DNA of 43,012 nt, from NCBI GenBank assembly GCA_964631675.1, contig CAZVXJ010000002.1, positions 1 to 43,012 of the forward strand, given 5' to 3'. The position numbers and the translations under genes were made by a program. Below, in pieces: positions 1 to 8,154 of the stretch. Each line of letters starts with the position of its first letter. The first letter of the stretch is position 1. The DNA is from an uncultured Alphaproteobacteria bacterium (GTDB lineage: Bacteria; Electryoneota; RPQS01). The notes beneath the pieces are model-generated. The model had not been told where the DNA came from. It did no database searches and was given only the letters and a program-made list of their open reading frames with translations.

Positions 1-795
1 TATAACAACATGATCTACGGCTTCAATCTTGCTGCGGCACCCAATCCGCGCGGAATGAAGAGTGGCGTGCTGTGCGGGATTGGAACTATCTTCCTCGCGC
101 ACAACAGCATCTACATGAATGACCTCGCCCAAACTGACAGTTTCGGCGTCTATGCAGGCATCAATATGACTTCCGCGTCTTCGACGATTACGCTGCGCAA
201 CAATATTATCTACAGCGCGGAAGACGACACCATCCATTGGGCGATCCGGCGTGCGGGCGCGAACACACTGGACTCGGATCACAACTGTCTCTACGGTCCA
301 TCTGTCATGTTCAACTGCGGCCTCTCGGGCGGGTTGGATTATCAAACACTTCCCTCATGGCAGAGCAACTTTTTTGATGCGAATAGCATTTCCGGCGACC
401 CGGCGTTCATCAGTGAATCCGATCTTCACATTCATGAGACCAGCACATTTGTGGACGGAGAAGGTGTGGCGCTAGGTTACGTGACTCACGATTTTGATGA
501 TGAAGTGCGAAGTAATCCGCCGGATATCGGAGCGGATGAGTACGTTGCCCTCGGTACTCCTTCCGGGTTGACCGTATTCCACGACGGGATCACCGGAAAC
601 AATATCCTGCGCTGGTTTGCCGCCGCTGGAGCAAACAGCTACAAAATCTACTTCGACACTACCGAAAATGTCGCGATTGACGAGGCGCACCGCATTGCAA
701 CCGTTGCGGGAGTCACTTATACGCATACCGGGATTCCCGCGCTGCCCGGATCAAAGCACTTCTACGTGGTCGTCGCTTCCACCGACGCGCCTTAA
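1..795 (+). CDS. secreted right-handed beta-helix protein, C-terminal part with FN3-like tail (5' end lies outside the window)
   Basis: The frame is open from nt 1 (YNN precedes the first Met at 10) to TAA at 793-795. It shows PbH1-like turns (TLRNNIIYS, DSDHNCLYG). The beta-helix end motif DPAF..DLHI...FDDEVRSNPPDIGADEY follows, then an ~85-aa FN3-like tail (PSGLTV..YKIYF..YVVVAS). Confidence 0.7.
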   Translation, partial: YNNMIYGFNLAAAPNPRGMKSGVLCGIGTIFLAHNSIYMNDLAQTDSFGVYAGINMTSASSTITLRNNIIYSAEDDTIHWAIRRAGANTLDSDHNCLYGPSVMFNCGLSGGLDYQTLPSWQSNFFDANSISGDPAFISESDLHIHETSTFVDGEGVALGYVTHDFDDEVRSNPPDIGADEYVALGTPSGLTVFHDGITGNNILRWFAAAGANSYKIYFDTTENVAIDEAHRIATVAGVTYTHTGIPALPGSKHFYVVVASTDAP

Positions 796-820
796 TATTC
801 ACTTCGTTCACAAAATGAGC

Positions 821-842
821 GGGGACGCCTGATGGCGTCCCC
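821..842 (+). terminator. hairpin downstream of the partial beta-helix gene (possible intrinsic terminator)
   Basis: A perfect 9-bp stem ggggacgcc / ggcgtcccc with a 4-nt loop lies 26 nt after the stop. The T-run (ttttt, 856-860) is displaced by ~13 nt, so the call is only moderate. Confidence 0.4.
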
Positions 843-970
843 GCAATGCTCCGCCTTTTTGAATTGTTAAATTCAACGATTCTGCACTTTTTCCTGTACA
901 AGGTTTCTTGATCCTACCGCAATTTTTTCGCAGACAAGGCCAATCGCTCGGTCTGCATCGAGGTCTTCCC

Positions 971-3916
971 ATGAGAATTTATCAGCCGCTTTGCTGGATC
1001 GTTTTGTTCGCCCTTGCTCTTGCTCGGGAATCGTTTGCACAGATCCTCATACGGGATATTCCCGCCGCCACGGCAAATTCAGGTGCGCTTTGCTGGGACG
1101 GCTCGGGTTTTTGGTGCGGTGCGAACAATTCCGCGAGCATCTATAAGATCAGCGAGGACGACGGCACTCGGCTTGATACACTGGTCGGTCCGGTGAACGG
1201 ATGCGACGGTTTGGCGTTTGACGGCTCGTATCTGTGGTGGATTTCCGGAGTCCAGAGCCGACAGCGCATTTACAAGATCCATCCGGTCACAGGTATTGTG
1301 GTAGATTCCATTCCCGATCCCGCACAAAGCTATGCAGGCGGATTGTCGTGGGACGGTACATATCTCTGGGTCACACGCTATTTCCCCGCACAGAGCATCG
1401 TGAAAATCGACACCGCCGACGGTGCCGTTGTTCAAACACTCGCCGGCTATGGCGAGCACGTGTGGGGAATCGCGAATGAACAAAACTACTTATGGCAAAG
1501 CTCCGCCGATTCCGCCGGAGACAATATTTTTCGTCTGAACGCGGCTACAGGAGCGCTGAATTGGCAGTTTGAACTTCCCGAGCATCAGTCACTACCGGAT
1601 CGACGCATACGCGGTGTCGCCTGGGTGGACGGGTTTCTCTGGGTTATAGCCTATGCACAAGACAGCAATAACAACCGTGTCCTGCAATATGATGTCAGTA
1701 ACGCGCTGTTTCCCGACATCGTATTGCTCGAGACATCACACGAGTTTGGAGCGCATGTGGTCGGCTTTCCCACAGACTGGAGCTTCGGCCTGACCAACAT
1801 CGGCAATGCCGAGCTCATCCTCAGCAGTGCGCCGCTGGGTTCGGGACAGGCGTTCGAGCTCGAGTCTCCTGCCAATTTCCCGATTATGCTCTCAGCATTT
1901 GATACGGTGTCATTCACGGTTCGGTTTGCTCCCCCGGCGGCCGGTACCTTTGTCGATTCGCTCTTCATCCTGTCTAACGATCCGGACGAAGCCATGGCAT
2001 CCGTGCGCTTGCGCGGCACTGGACTTCCCAACGAAGGGGACATTCAGCCTTCTCCCTCATCGGTAGATTTTGGCGAAGTCTGGATCCCCAATCCTACCCT
2101 TTCTTCGTCTCGTCCAATCCAGGTTCTCAATCAAGGAAGCGGAGTTCTGACCGTATCTTCGGCACAGATTAGCAATTCAAATCACTTCCGGCTTGACCCG
2201 ATTGCTTTCCCGATGGAGATTGACTCGCATAGTTTCCGGACCATTCGAGTTTGGTTCGAACCGGAACAGGCAGGCGATTTTGATGCAATTCTCTCGATTT
2301 CATCAGACGATCCCGATGAGCCCATGATCGAAATTCCATTGGCTGGCGCTGCGTCGTATGCGGCATTTGACTCTGCTGACGTCATCTGGATCTATCAGGA
2401 CGACACCGGAGAGTTTTTTACCGGGATAAACGCACTCACCTGGATCGAGGATGTAAACGGGGACGGCGGAGCCGATGTGATCGCATGCGGCGAAAGCGGA
2501 CTTACGATTTGCTTGAATGGCCGTTCCACTAATTTCGGCGATACCCTTTGGACATTCAACACGCGCCGGTTTACCGGCCATTCAGGCGAAGTCTACTACG
2601 AACGCGCACTCAGCACGATTGACGACATCACTGGCGACGGCATTGATGATGTGATTCTCGGTACGGCAGGCGGCAGCATGTCCGTATATGCTCTCTCCGG
2701 TGAAACCGGAGACTCACTGTGGATGTTTGACACGGAATTCTGGGGAGTCGGCGCCTGGGTAAACGACGTGCAAGGTGTGCCGGATCTGAATGGCGACGGT
2801 GTGAGCGATGTGATTGCTGCCGTGGGGGGTGGGGACGGCAGCGGACCTCGCCGGGTGTTTGCTCTGGACGGACAGGATGGATCACTTGTGTGGGAAGGTC
2901 CAGTGCACAATTCATTTTACGCTTGCACGATTGTAAACGATGTAACGGGTGACGGTATCCGCGACGTGGTTGGCGGTGGAACGAGTTGGACGGTGGGAAT
3001 CAACGCGGCGAATGGTGCTCAGCTCTGGCTAACATCCATTGGGACCGGTTCACCCGTGTTTGATCTCGAACCGATGGGAAACGCAAATCCTGAGGAAGAT
3101 CAGACGGAAGACGTTGTGGTTGCCTCGGCCTATCTTGGAGTCTACTCGATAGACGGCGGAAGCGGTGAGCAGCACTGGCTGCATCCGTTTGATGACACAT
3201 GGGTGTACGAGGTGGAAGCAGGCTCCGATGTCACCGAAGACGGCGTTCGGGAAGTTTATGTGGGTACGGTGGGCGGAGATCTGGTTTGCCTCGATGGCTA
3301 CTCCGGCGCAGAAATATGGACAGAAAACGTCGATCCAGGCGGATCGGAAAACGTACTTTCTCTGACTGCGGTGCCCGACGTGACGGGAGACGGCATGATC
3401 GACCTGATTTGCGGCACGCTGGGTGACTATCTCGTGGTAATTGATGGCTGGGACGGCGTGGAGTACTTCGCTACCATGGGTGACGGCGATATCGGTGCGG
3501 TTGATGCCACGGGATTCGTGCCAGACCTGGATGGAAGCGGCCGCCCTGAAATCCTGCTTGGCAATCGTGATGGCATGATTATCTGTCTCTCTGGCGGCGG
3601 AATCTACGTATCGGCTGATCCTGTCCCTCCCGCCCCATTGTCCATTACTCTTCTGCCGGCATATCCGAATCCATTTAATCCCGTCACACGTATCAGCTAC
3701 ACTTTGCCTAAAGGTTCTCAAATGGAGCTTTGTGTATTCGATGTGCTGGGACGTGAAGTCGCAACGCTGGTGAAGGGATATGCTCCGGCAGGCATACACA
3801 GTGTCTCATGGAGTGCAAGAAACAATGCGCAGCAGTCCGTTGGCTCCGGAACTTATTTTGTTCGGCTTTCCACACCCGGACAAACCGTATCGCAGCGACT
3901 TGTGCTCCTGCGATAA
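971..3916 (+). CDS. secreted multi-domain propeller protein (FG-GAP/PQQ-like blades, two Ig-like modules) with T9SS-type C-terminal sorting domain
   Basis: The track ORF 908-3916 starts at a TTG. The ATG at 971 gives a classical signal peptide (MRIYQPLCWIVLFALALARESFA). Next come WDG..LW repeats and two Ig-like modules (LTNIGNAELILSS..SNDPDE; VLNQGSGVLTVSS..SSDDPDEP). About seven D[VI][TN]GDG..DV..G blades follow. The tail YPNPFNPVTRISYTL..LCVFDVLGREV..SGTYFVRL..QRLVLLR matches the Por-secretion-tail pattern. Confidence 0.85.
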   Translation: MRIYQPLCWIVLFALALARESFAQILIRDIPAATANSGALCWDGSGFWCGANNSASIYKISEDDGTRLDTLVGPVNGCDGLAFDGSYLWWISGVQSRQRIYKIHPVTGIVVDSIPDPAQSYAGGLSWDGTYLWVTRYFPAQSIVKIDTADGAVVQTLAGYGEHVWGIANEQNYLWQSSADSAGDNIFRLNAATGALNWQFELPEHQSLPDRRIRGVAWVDGFLWVIAYAQDSNNNRVLQYDVSNALFPDIVLLETSHEFGAHVVGFPTDWSFGLTNIGNAELILSSAPLGSGQAFELESPANFPIMLSAFDTVSFTVRFAPPAAGTFVDSLFILSNDPDEAMASVRLRGTGLPNEGDIQPSPSSVDFGEVWIPNPTLSSSRPIQVLNQGSGVLTVSSAQISNSNHFRLDPIAFPMEIDSHSFRTIRVWFEPEQAGDFDAILSISSDDPDEPMIEIPLAGAASYAAFDSADVIWIYQDDTGEFFTGINALTWIEDVNGDGGADVIACGESGLTICLNGRSTNFGDTLWTFNTRRFTGHSGEVYYERALSTIDDITGDGIDDVILGTAGGSMSVYALSGETGDSLWMFDTEFWGVGAWVNDVQGVPDLNGDGVSDVIAAVGGGDGSGPRRVFALDGQDGSLVWEGPVHNSFYACTIVNDVTGDGIRDVVGGGTSWTVGINAANGAQLWLTSIGTGSPVFDLEPMGNANPEEDQTEDVVVASAYLGVYSIDGGSGEQHWLHPFDDTWVYEVEAGSDVTEDGVREVYVGTVGGDLVCLDGYSGAEIWTENVDPGGSENVLSLTAVPDVTGDGMIDLICGTLGDYLVVIDGWDGVEYFATMGDGDIGAVDATGFVPDLDGSGRPEILLGNRDGMIICLSGGGIYVSADPVPPAPLSITLLPAYPNPFNPVTRISYTLPKGSQMELCVFDVLGREVATLVKGYAPAGIHSVSWSARNNAQQSVGSGTYFVRLSTPGQTVSQRLVLLR

Positions 3917-3973
3917 AACGGAGTATCGCGATCAATCGGAGTCGCACTCGAATTTAGCTTTCATTAATCAAAG

Positions 3974-4007
3974 GCCCCTGCTCACTTCACAGTCAGCAGG
4001 GGCTTTT
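3974..4007 (+). terminator. rho-independent terminator between convergent genes
   Basis: A 9-bp GC-rich stem gcccctgct (3974-3982) / agcaggggc (3995-4003) is followed by tttt (4004-4007). It sits 58 nt after the stop at 3916 and 66 nt from the convergent stop at 4073. Confidence 0.7.
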
Positions 4008-4072
4008 GCTTGGAAACGGCATTCGGATATTCAATCAGCCTGCTCGTTGCCGCATTTTTCGAAAAGTAAGCG

Positions 4073-5209
4073 TTATAAGCCGAACCAGCGTGCTTGACGG
4101 CTGGATCCGAAATGCAGCTTCTCAGTGACGAGCGCGGCCGAGGGTTCGACAAAACTCCCCGTCGGGGACGGCCCCGAAAGGAAGTCCACATCCACGCGTC
4201 CCACGTGGTCCCCACCGAATTCGACATAGCACGAACCTGCTCCCGAGTATTTTGATGGTTCTTCACCACCGGTTTGCCCTGCAATGATTGCCGCCGCTAC
4301 GACACGCGCGGCCCCCTCGGCAAACACACCCGCCTTGGGAGTACCGACACTGGTCACGTCGCCGATGGCGTACACGCCCGGAAATTGCGTCTTGAGGTTT
4401 TTCGAATCGACGGGAACCCATCCGTCAATAGTCATCCCACTTTCCAATACCACTTTCGGTACGTGGTGCTTTGGAATTCCAAGAAATAGATTATAGGGCA
4501 TCTCGGTGTTGTCATCGAGAAGTACTACGCGGCGGGCCGAGTCAAGGGATTGCACCCGGCGATTTGCCACAAACTTGATGTTCCGCTCGGCGAACGCAAC
4601 AAGCAGAGCTTGCGATGTTGCGGGAGAGGGCGGGATGGGAATGCCGAACGGCATGACCAGTGTGATTTCGCAAGCCGGGCGCACACCGCGCGCTGTAAGA
4701 TAGTCGTGCAGCAGCAGCGCAGCTTCACTGGGAGCAGGAGGGCACTTGAACGGTGCCGATGTCACGCCGACAATCGCATGACCTCTTGAGAATCCGGGAA
4801 GTACTTCGCGCAAGCGCTCAGCACCGGCCACGGAATAGAATTCGTTGCCGCCTTCAGCCAAACCCGGTGTTGCGCTTACATCATAATCTGCTCCCAGCGC
4901 CACAACCAGGATGTCTGCATCGTACACTCCGTTGCGCGTCGTGACCTGCCGTGATACCGGATCGATCTTAGTGATCTCCTCCTGAAGGAAGCGTACTCCG
5001 GGCTTGACGATTTTTCGGTAAGGAAGGCGCACAGAGTCCGGCGATTTACGACCGAACATGACATCGAGTTTGGAAAAACCGAAGACAAACGAATCGCTTT
5101 GGTCTATCAGAGTCAGGTCCAGGCTGTCCGGGAGCGCTTCCGACAGGATAGTGCAGAGTTCAAGTCCGCCGAAGCCGGCACCTAATACGACTATCTTCGT
5201 GTTACCCAA
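4073..5209 (-). CDS. FAD-dependent pyridine-nucleotide-disulfide oxidoreductase, sulfide:quinone reductase-like
   Basis: It has an N-terminal Rossmann motif KIVVLGAGFGG and a second dinucleotide-fold region DILVVALGADY. SQR-like motifs are FKCPPAPSEAA, VYAIGD and GTPKAGVFAEGAARV. The track ORF begins at GTG 5266. I prefer TTG 5209 because GAGGA lies 4 nt upstream and the start then falls 5 residues before the Rossmann fold. The start is uncertain. Confidence 0.75.
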   Translation of the reverse strand: MGNTKIVVLGAGFGGLELCTILSEALPDSLDLTLIDQSDSFVFGFSKLDVMFGRKSPDSVRLPYRKIVKPGVRFLQEEITKIDPVSRQVTTRNGVYDADILVVALGADYDVSATPGLAEGGNEFYSVAGAERLREVLPGFSRGHAIVGVTSAPFKCPPAPSEAALLLHDYLTARGVRPACEITLVMPFGIPIPPSPATSQALLVAFAERNIKFVANRRVQSLDSARRVVLLDDNTEMPYNLFLGIPKHHVPKVVLESGMTIDGWVPVDSKNLKTQFPGVYAIGDVTSVGTPKAGVFAEGAARVVAAAIIAGQTGGEEPSKYSGAGSCYVEFGGDHVGRVDVDFLSGPSPTGSFVEPSAALVTEKLHFGSSRQARWFGL

Positions 5210-5385
5210 TTTATCCTCGTAAGCAAAATGACAGACCAATATTCTTCTGTAACCAATCAATGTCACATAGCGGAATGAACGTTTGGGAATAGGCGGCAGC
5301 CGCCAGTTTGGTCGTTATTGTGACCACGACACGCTTTCAGTTACCGTGTGCAGTAGAGAGATCACGTGACAATTTATTCGACTTG

Positions 5386-5601
5386 CTACCGCTTGAGGTC
5401 GCTGCCCTTGAACGGTACTCCCAGAAGTGGTGCAAACAAACACCAGTTGAGCATCCCTAAGGCGAGCGGCACAAATCCGGCAATCGCCAGGATATAGCCA
5501 CCCGTAGTCCCCGAACGCATGCCGAGCACAATCATCAGCAATCCGGCTACAACGCGGAGAATTCGCCCTGTAGCGCTTGACATGAACAATGCAATGCCCA
5601 T
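5386..5601 (-). CDS. small two-TM membrane protein, DUF2892 / YgaP-C-terminal-like
   Basis: The 71-aa product has two hydrophobic helices and the family-typical G.R..R...G......G pattern, with a C-terminal CLFAPLLG. GAGGAG lies 6 nt upstream of the ATG. It sits upstream of the SQR-like gene on the same strand. Confidence 0.7.
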   Translation of the reverse strand: MGIALFMSSATGRILRVVAGLLMIVLGMRSGTTGGYILAIAGFVPLALGMLNWCLFAPLLGVPFKGSDLKR

Positions 5602-5924
5602 AACGTCTCCTCGGTTATTCTGTGAACAGCTTTGTAAACTATTGGCCCAAAAGATATCGACTTCTTCAGCAGACTTCTTGAAATGACAACATGGCGATAG
5701 TCACCACAAAGTCACCTGCAAACTCGGTGTGTTTTGTGCTTGACGAAGTACCATCAGAGGCGATACCCTGGTCATCCAAGATACTTAACTCACTCCACTT
5801 CTGCAACTGGAGAGACGATACAGCCAATCGATTCTTCCGGTTAATCGGCAAATGGCTTGTGAACGGGCCAGCGTCCGGACTATTTCGATCTGCTTTCCAC
5901 TACTCAGAGAGTAGCTACAATAAA

Positions 5925-5954
5925 CCCCCTGTTAACAATGAAGTTAACAGGGGG
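5925..5954 (-). terminator. second of two tandem hairpin terminators downstream of ric
   Basis: A perfect 12-bp stem ccccctgttaac / gttaacaggggg has a 6-nt loop. On the minus strand it is followed by tttatt. Confidence 0.5.
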
Positions 5955-6019
5955 CGCCCTGACAGTGCGCTTTCATTAGATTCTCGACTGCGATGAGCGG
6001 GTTCAGGCAGGTCAAAAGC

Positions 6020-6049
6020 AACAGGCTCTTCATTTCTGAAGAGCCTGTT
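6020..6049 (-). terminator. rho-independent terminator of ric
   Basis: A perfect 12-bp stem aacaggctcttc / gaagagcctgtt has a 6-nt loop. On the minus strand it is followed by gcttttg. It lies 45 nt past the ric stop. Confidence 0.7.
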
Positions 6050-6093
6050 GTTTAGCGAAGCGAACTGCATCGAGAAGGCCAAGCAGAGAATCA

Positions 6094-6876
6094 TCAAGAA
6101 ATCCGAATCTGATTGTACAACTCATCTGAATCCAATGCACGCGGAAATAAAATATTGTTCTCCTTGTGGATGTGAATGTGGAGATCACGTTCGAGTTCCT
6201 GGAGAAGTTCGTAGGTAGCGCGATAGGTATTGCATGCATCGGCGGGAAGCGCAAAGTCGCTTGAAAGAGATCGCATTCGCTCCAGAGCAGCGCCCGCAGA
6301 TTCATGCTCAGCCAGCATCACGCTCATCGGTCCTAGGAGCTGATGGGCAGCTGACTTTGACATCGACCCCGTCTCCATCCGCTGAATCGCCGGGAAAAGA
6401 ATCATCTCTTCTTTCATCATATGCGACTCCAGCTCTTTCTTCATCCCAACGAATGTCTCGTGAATTTGCGGAAGTTCCGGATGATGCGTCCGATGCACAT
6501 GTGCGAGTTTCGCGGTCATGGTCTCCAGCTGGGGGAGGGTATTCGTGAGATAGTGATGGTGCGTTGCGACAATGTGTCTGCTCAATTCCGTCAGAGAGAC
6601 CTGTGTCCAGTCAGTTGCGTCGAGATTGTGATCCGTGGCATGATCCTGTTCGACCAGTTCGTTTATGATCATACCGGCTTCAAGTTGCTTTGTCCGGCAG
6701 GCGTGTTCCAGTGTTTGATTCCCCTTGCAGCAAAAGTCCAGTCCGTATTTCTCGAATACTGCGGCACGTGTAGGCCGCTGGACTACAAGGTTGGCAACGG
6801 TACTTTCCAGCCACTCACCCGGAGTGCTGGGGCTGGTTTCGTGTGAGATTGCGCTGTCTGTTGCGGTGTTTGACAT
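6094..6876 (-). CDS. ytfE: iron-sulfur cluster repair di-iron protein (RIC / YtfE / ScdA family)
   Basis: The ScdA_N motif FEKYGLDFCCKGNQTLEHAC is followed by a hemerythrin-like domain. That domain is colinear with E. coli YtfE (HHHYL, ELESHMMKEEMILFP, GPMSVMLAEHE, HIHKENNILFPRAL). Confidence 0.85.
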   Translation of the reverse strand: MSNTATDSAISHETSPSTPGEWLESTVANLVVQRPTRAAVFEKYGLDFCCKGNQTLEHACRTKQLEAGMIINELVEQDHATDHNLDATDWTQVSLTELSRHIVATHHHYLTNTLPQLETMTAKLAHVHRTHHPELPQIHETFVGMKKELESHMMKEEMILFPAIQRMETGSMSKSAAHQLLGPMSVMLAEHESAGAALERMRSLSSDFALPADACNTYRATYELLQELERDLHIHIHKENNILFPRALDSDELYNQIRIS

Positions 6877-6927
6877 GATGAGAGTCCTTTATGCGATAGT
6901 CGTTGGACCTGCTGTCCAAGTTTGAAA

Positions 6928-7365
6928 CTATTTCGATTCAATTGGCTTGCGAGGATGTCTGCGTGTATCCTGAATCAAATCGGTAATAGTCGTTTCATTC
7001 AGGAATCTGAGCAGTGATTGCTTCGGCTGCTTCCATATCGCGTGTATCGGGCAGGCTGCATCATCGCTGCAGACTCCGCGACCCAGCAGGCATTCGTGAG
7101 CAAGCTGCATCCGCTCAAAAAGTGCCATGACCTCGTACAGCGTAATCTGATCAGGCGACCGCAGTAGAGAGAATCCACCCCCCGGACCCCGAACTGAATA
7201 AACAAATCCGGCTGAAATCAGTGTTCCGAGCATTTTCACTGCGAATGCCGGAGGGATATCCTGTGCCGAAGCAATAGTCGAACTCAGGATCGGGCCTTTC
7301 TCACGGTGCTCGGCTAGGTGAATGAGTGCCTTGATGGCGTAGGTGACGGGCTTTGAAAAAATCAC
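6928..7365 (-). CDS. Rrf2-family [Fe-S] transcriptional regulator (NsrR-like by context)
   Basis: It has a GTG start, an N-terminal wHTH (VTYAIKALIHLAEH..GPILSSTIA) and GPGGGFSL. The Cys triad is C-x6-C-x5-C (CLLGRGVCSDDAACPIH). It lies 51 nt upstream of ric on the same strand. Confidence 0.8.
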   Translation of the reverse strand: MIFSKPVTYAIKALIHLAEHREKGPILSSTIASAQDIPPAFAVKMLGTLISAGFVYSVRGPGGGFSLLRSPDQITLYEVMALFERMQLAHECLLGRGVCSDDAACPIHAIWKQPKQSLLRFLNETTITDLIQDTRRHPRKPIESK

Positions 7366-7403
7366 AGGGACTCTGTTTGAATGGCGGAACTCTGTCTGGA
7401 CAA

Positions 7404-7432
7404 AATATAGCGCTCGAAATCATGATTGTCAA
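7404..7432 (-). promoter_or_regulatory. sigma70-like promoter for the Rrf2-ric operon
   Basis: The minus strand reads TTGACA - 17 nt - TATATT. The -10 hexamer ends ~38 nt upstream of the GTG at 7365. Confidence 0.5.
7418..7427. promoter_or_regulatory. perfect 10-bp palindrome AATCATGATT inside the spacer of the minus-strand promoter (candidate operator)
   Basis: This is read directly from the sequence. The core ATCATGAT recurs at 7569-7576, each time next to CTCGAAA. Confidence 0.35.
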
Positions 7433-7568
7433 GTCTTTTACTCCTGAATTTATCTTGCACTTTTTCCTGTTTTTGGACGAGGTGGTGAAGGATGTAAGTT
7501 ATAAATATATAATAATATTTGTTTTAAAAATGCAATTACATTCTGCCGGCTAACTCGGCCGTGACTCT

Positions 7569-7576
7569 ATCATGAT
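7569..7576. promoter_or_regulatory. second copy of the ATCATGAT palindrome (candidate operator)
   Basis: The sequence ctctATCATGATgCTCGAAAac parallels CTCGAAATCATGAT at 7413-7426. Confidence 0.3.
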
Positions 7577-7660
7577 GCTCGAAAACAGAGGCATTCACTG
7601 AAATATTCCAATAATTATCAGGTTTTAAGTAATTGTTTTTTCTACATGGTTTAGTTTCTA

Positions 7661-7689
7661 AAGCACTGTTTGTTATGCTGATAGTGCTT
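7661..7689. promoter_or_regulatory. 29-bp inverted repeat overlapping the -35 box of the plus-strand promoter (candidate Rrf2 operator)
   Basis: AAGCACT (7661-7667) and AGTGCTT (7683-7689) are perfect 7-bp arms separated by 15 nt. The right arm overlaps TTGACA by two bases. Confidence 0.35.
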
Positions 7690-7716
7690 GACAAAACCAC
7701 ACCAATAGCTTAAATT
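7688..7716 (+). promoter_or_regulatory. sigma70-like promoter for the Rrf2/Moco/nar operon
   Basis: It reads TTGACA (7688-7693) - 17 nt - TAAATT (7711-7716). The -10 hexamer ends 27 nt upstream of the ATG at 7744. Confidence 0.5.
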
Positions 7717-7743
7717 AGGAATACAGGATTAAGTACTCCACTA

Positions 7744-8154
7744 ATGTTTTTTTCGCGACCGACGACCTACGCGGTTCGAGCCCTGACCTATCTGGCATCA
7801 CATAGTGATGACGGCCCGATCTTGAGCGCCGCCATCGCCCGTGAAGAAAACATTCCAGGCTCTTACCTGATTAAGGTACTCGGTACACTCAGTTTTCACG
7901 GTTATGTGCGATCGGTGCGTGGACCAGGCGGCGGTTTCTCTCTGAACTGCAAACCTGAAGAGATCAGGCTGCTGGATATCTATTCCCTTTTCGATACTGT
8001 GTCACTCTCGCACCAGTGCCTGATGAGGCACGGAGACTGTAACGGCGACCCCGATTGTCCAGTTCATCGTCATTGGCAGCCTGCCCACGACAGCCTCATG
8101 AGCTTTCTGAGGGATCTCAGTGTGCAAGACTTACTCAAGCATGGTCAAGCGTAA
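7744..8154 (+). CDS. Rrf2-family [Fe-S] transcriptional regulator, first gene of the Moco/nar operon
   Basis: It is a paralogue of the 6928-7365 product, alignable over the whole length with the same GPGGGFSL. It has the same C-x6-C-x5-C triad (CLMRHGDCNGDPDCPVH). Confidence 0.8.
   Translation: MFFSRPTTYAVRALTYLASHSDDGPILSAAIAREENIPGSYLIKVLGTLSFHGYVRSVRGPGGGFSLNCKPEEIRLLDIYSLFDTVSLSHQCLMRHGDCNGDPDCPVHRHWQPAHDSLMSFLRDLSVQDLLKHGQA

Noticed and set aside
859-876. The inverted repeat TTGAATT-gtta-AATTCAA upstream of the propeller gene, considered as a CRP/FNR-type site.
   Set aside because: The spacing (TTGA-N10-TCAA) does not fit the TTGAT-N4-ATCAA consensus. It may be a regulatory site, but there is no basis to name it.
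3050-3799. A 249-aa minus-strand ORF.
   Set aside because: It is antisense to the well-supported propeller/T9SS gene and has no motifs.
5210-5266. An N-terminal extension of the SQR-like gene from GTG 5266 (MTLIGYRRILVCHFAYEDK).
   Set aside because: No RBS precedes it and the extension comes before the Rossmann fold, which normally starts within a few residues of the N-terminus. TTG 5209 with GAGGA upstream is preferred, at low certainty.
5691-5996. A 101-aa plus-strand ORF in the 490-bp gap between the DUF2892 gene and ric.
   Set aside because: It has no Shine-Dalgarno sequence and no recognisable motif. It runs through the 12-bp terminator hairpin at 5925-5954. I left it uncalled, though a small gene cannot be excluded.
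7527-7537. AAAATGCAATT, which resembles the AAnATGCATTT half-site I recall for E. coli NsrR.
   Set aside because: It is a single half-site with no matching inverted partner, in very AT-rich DNA, in a distant lineage. That is too weak to call.
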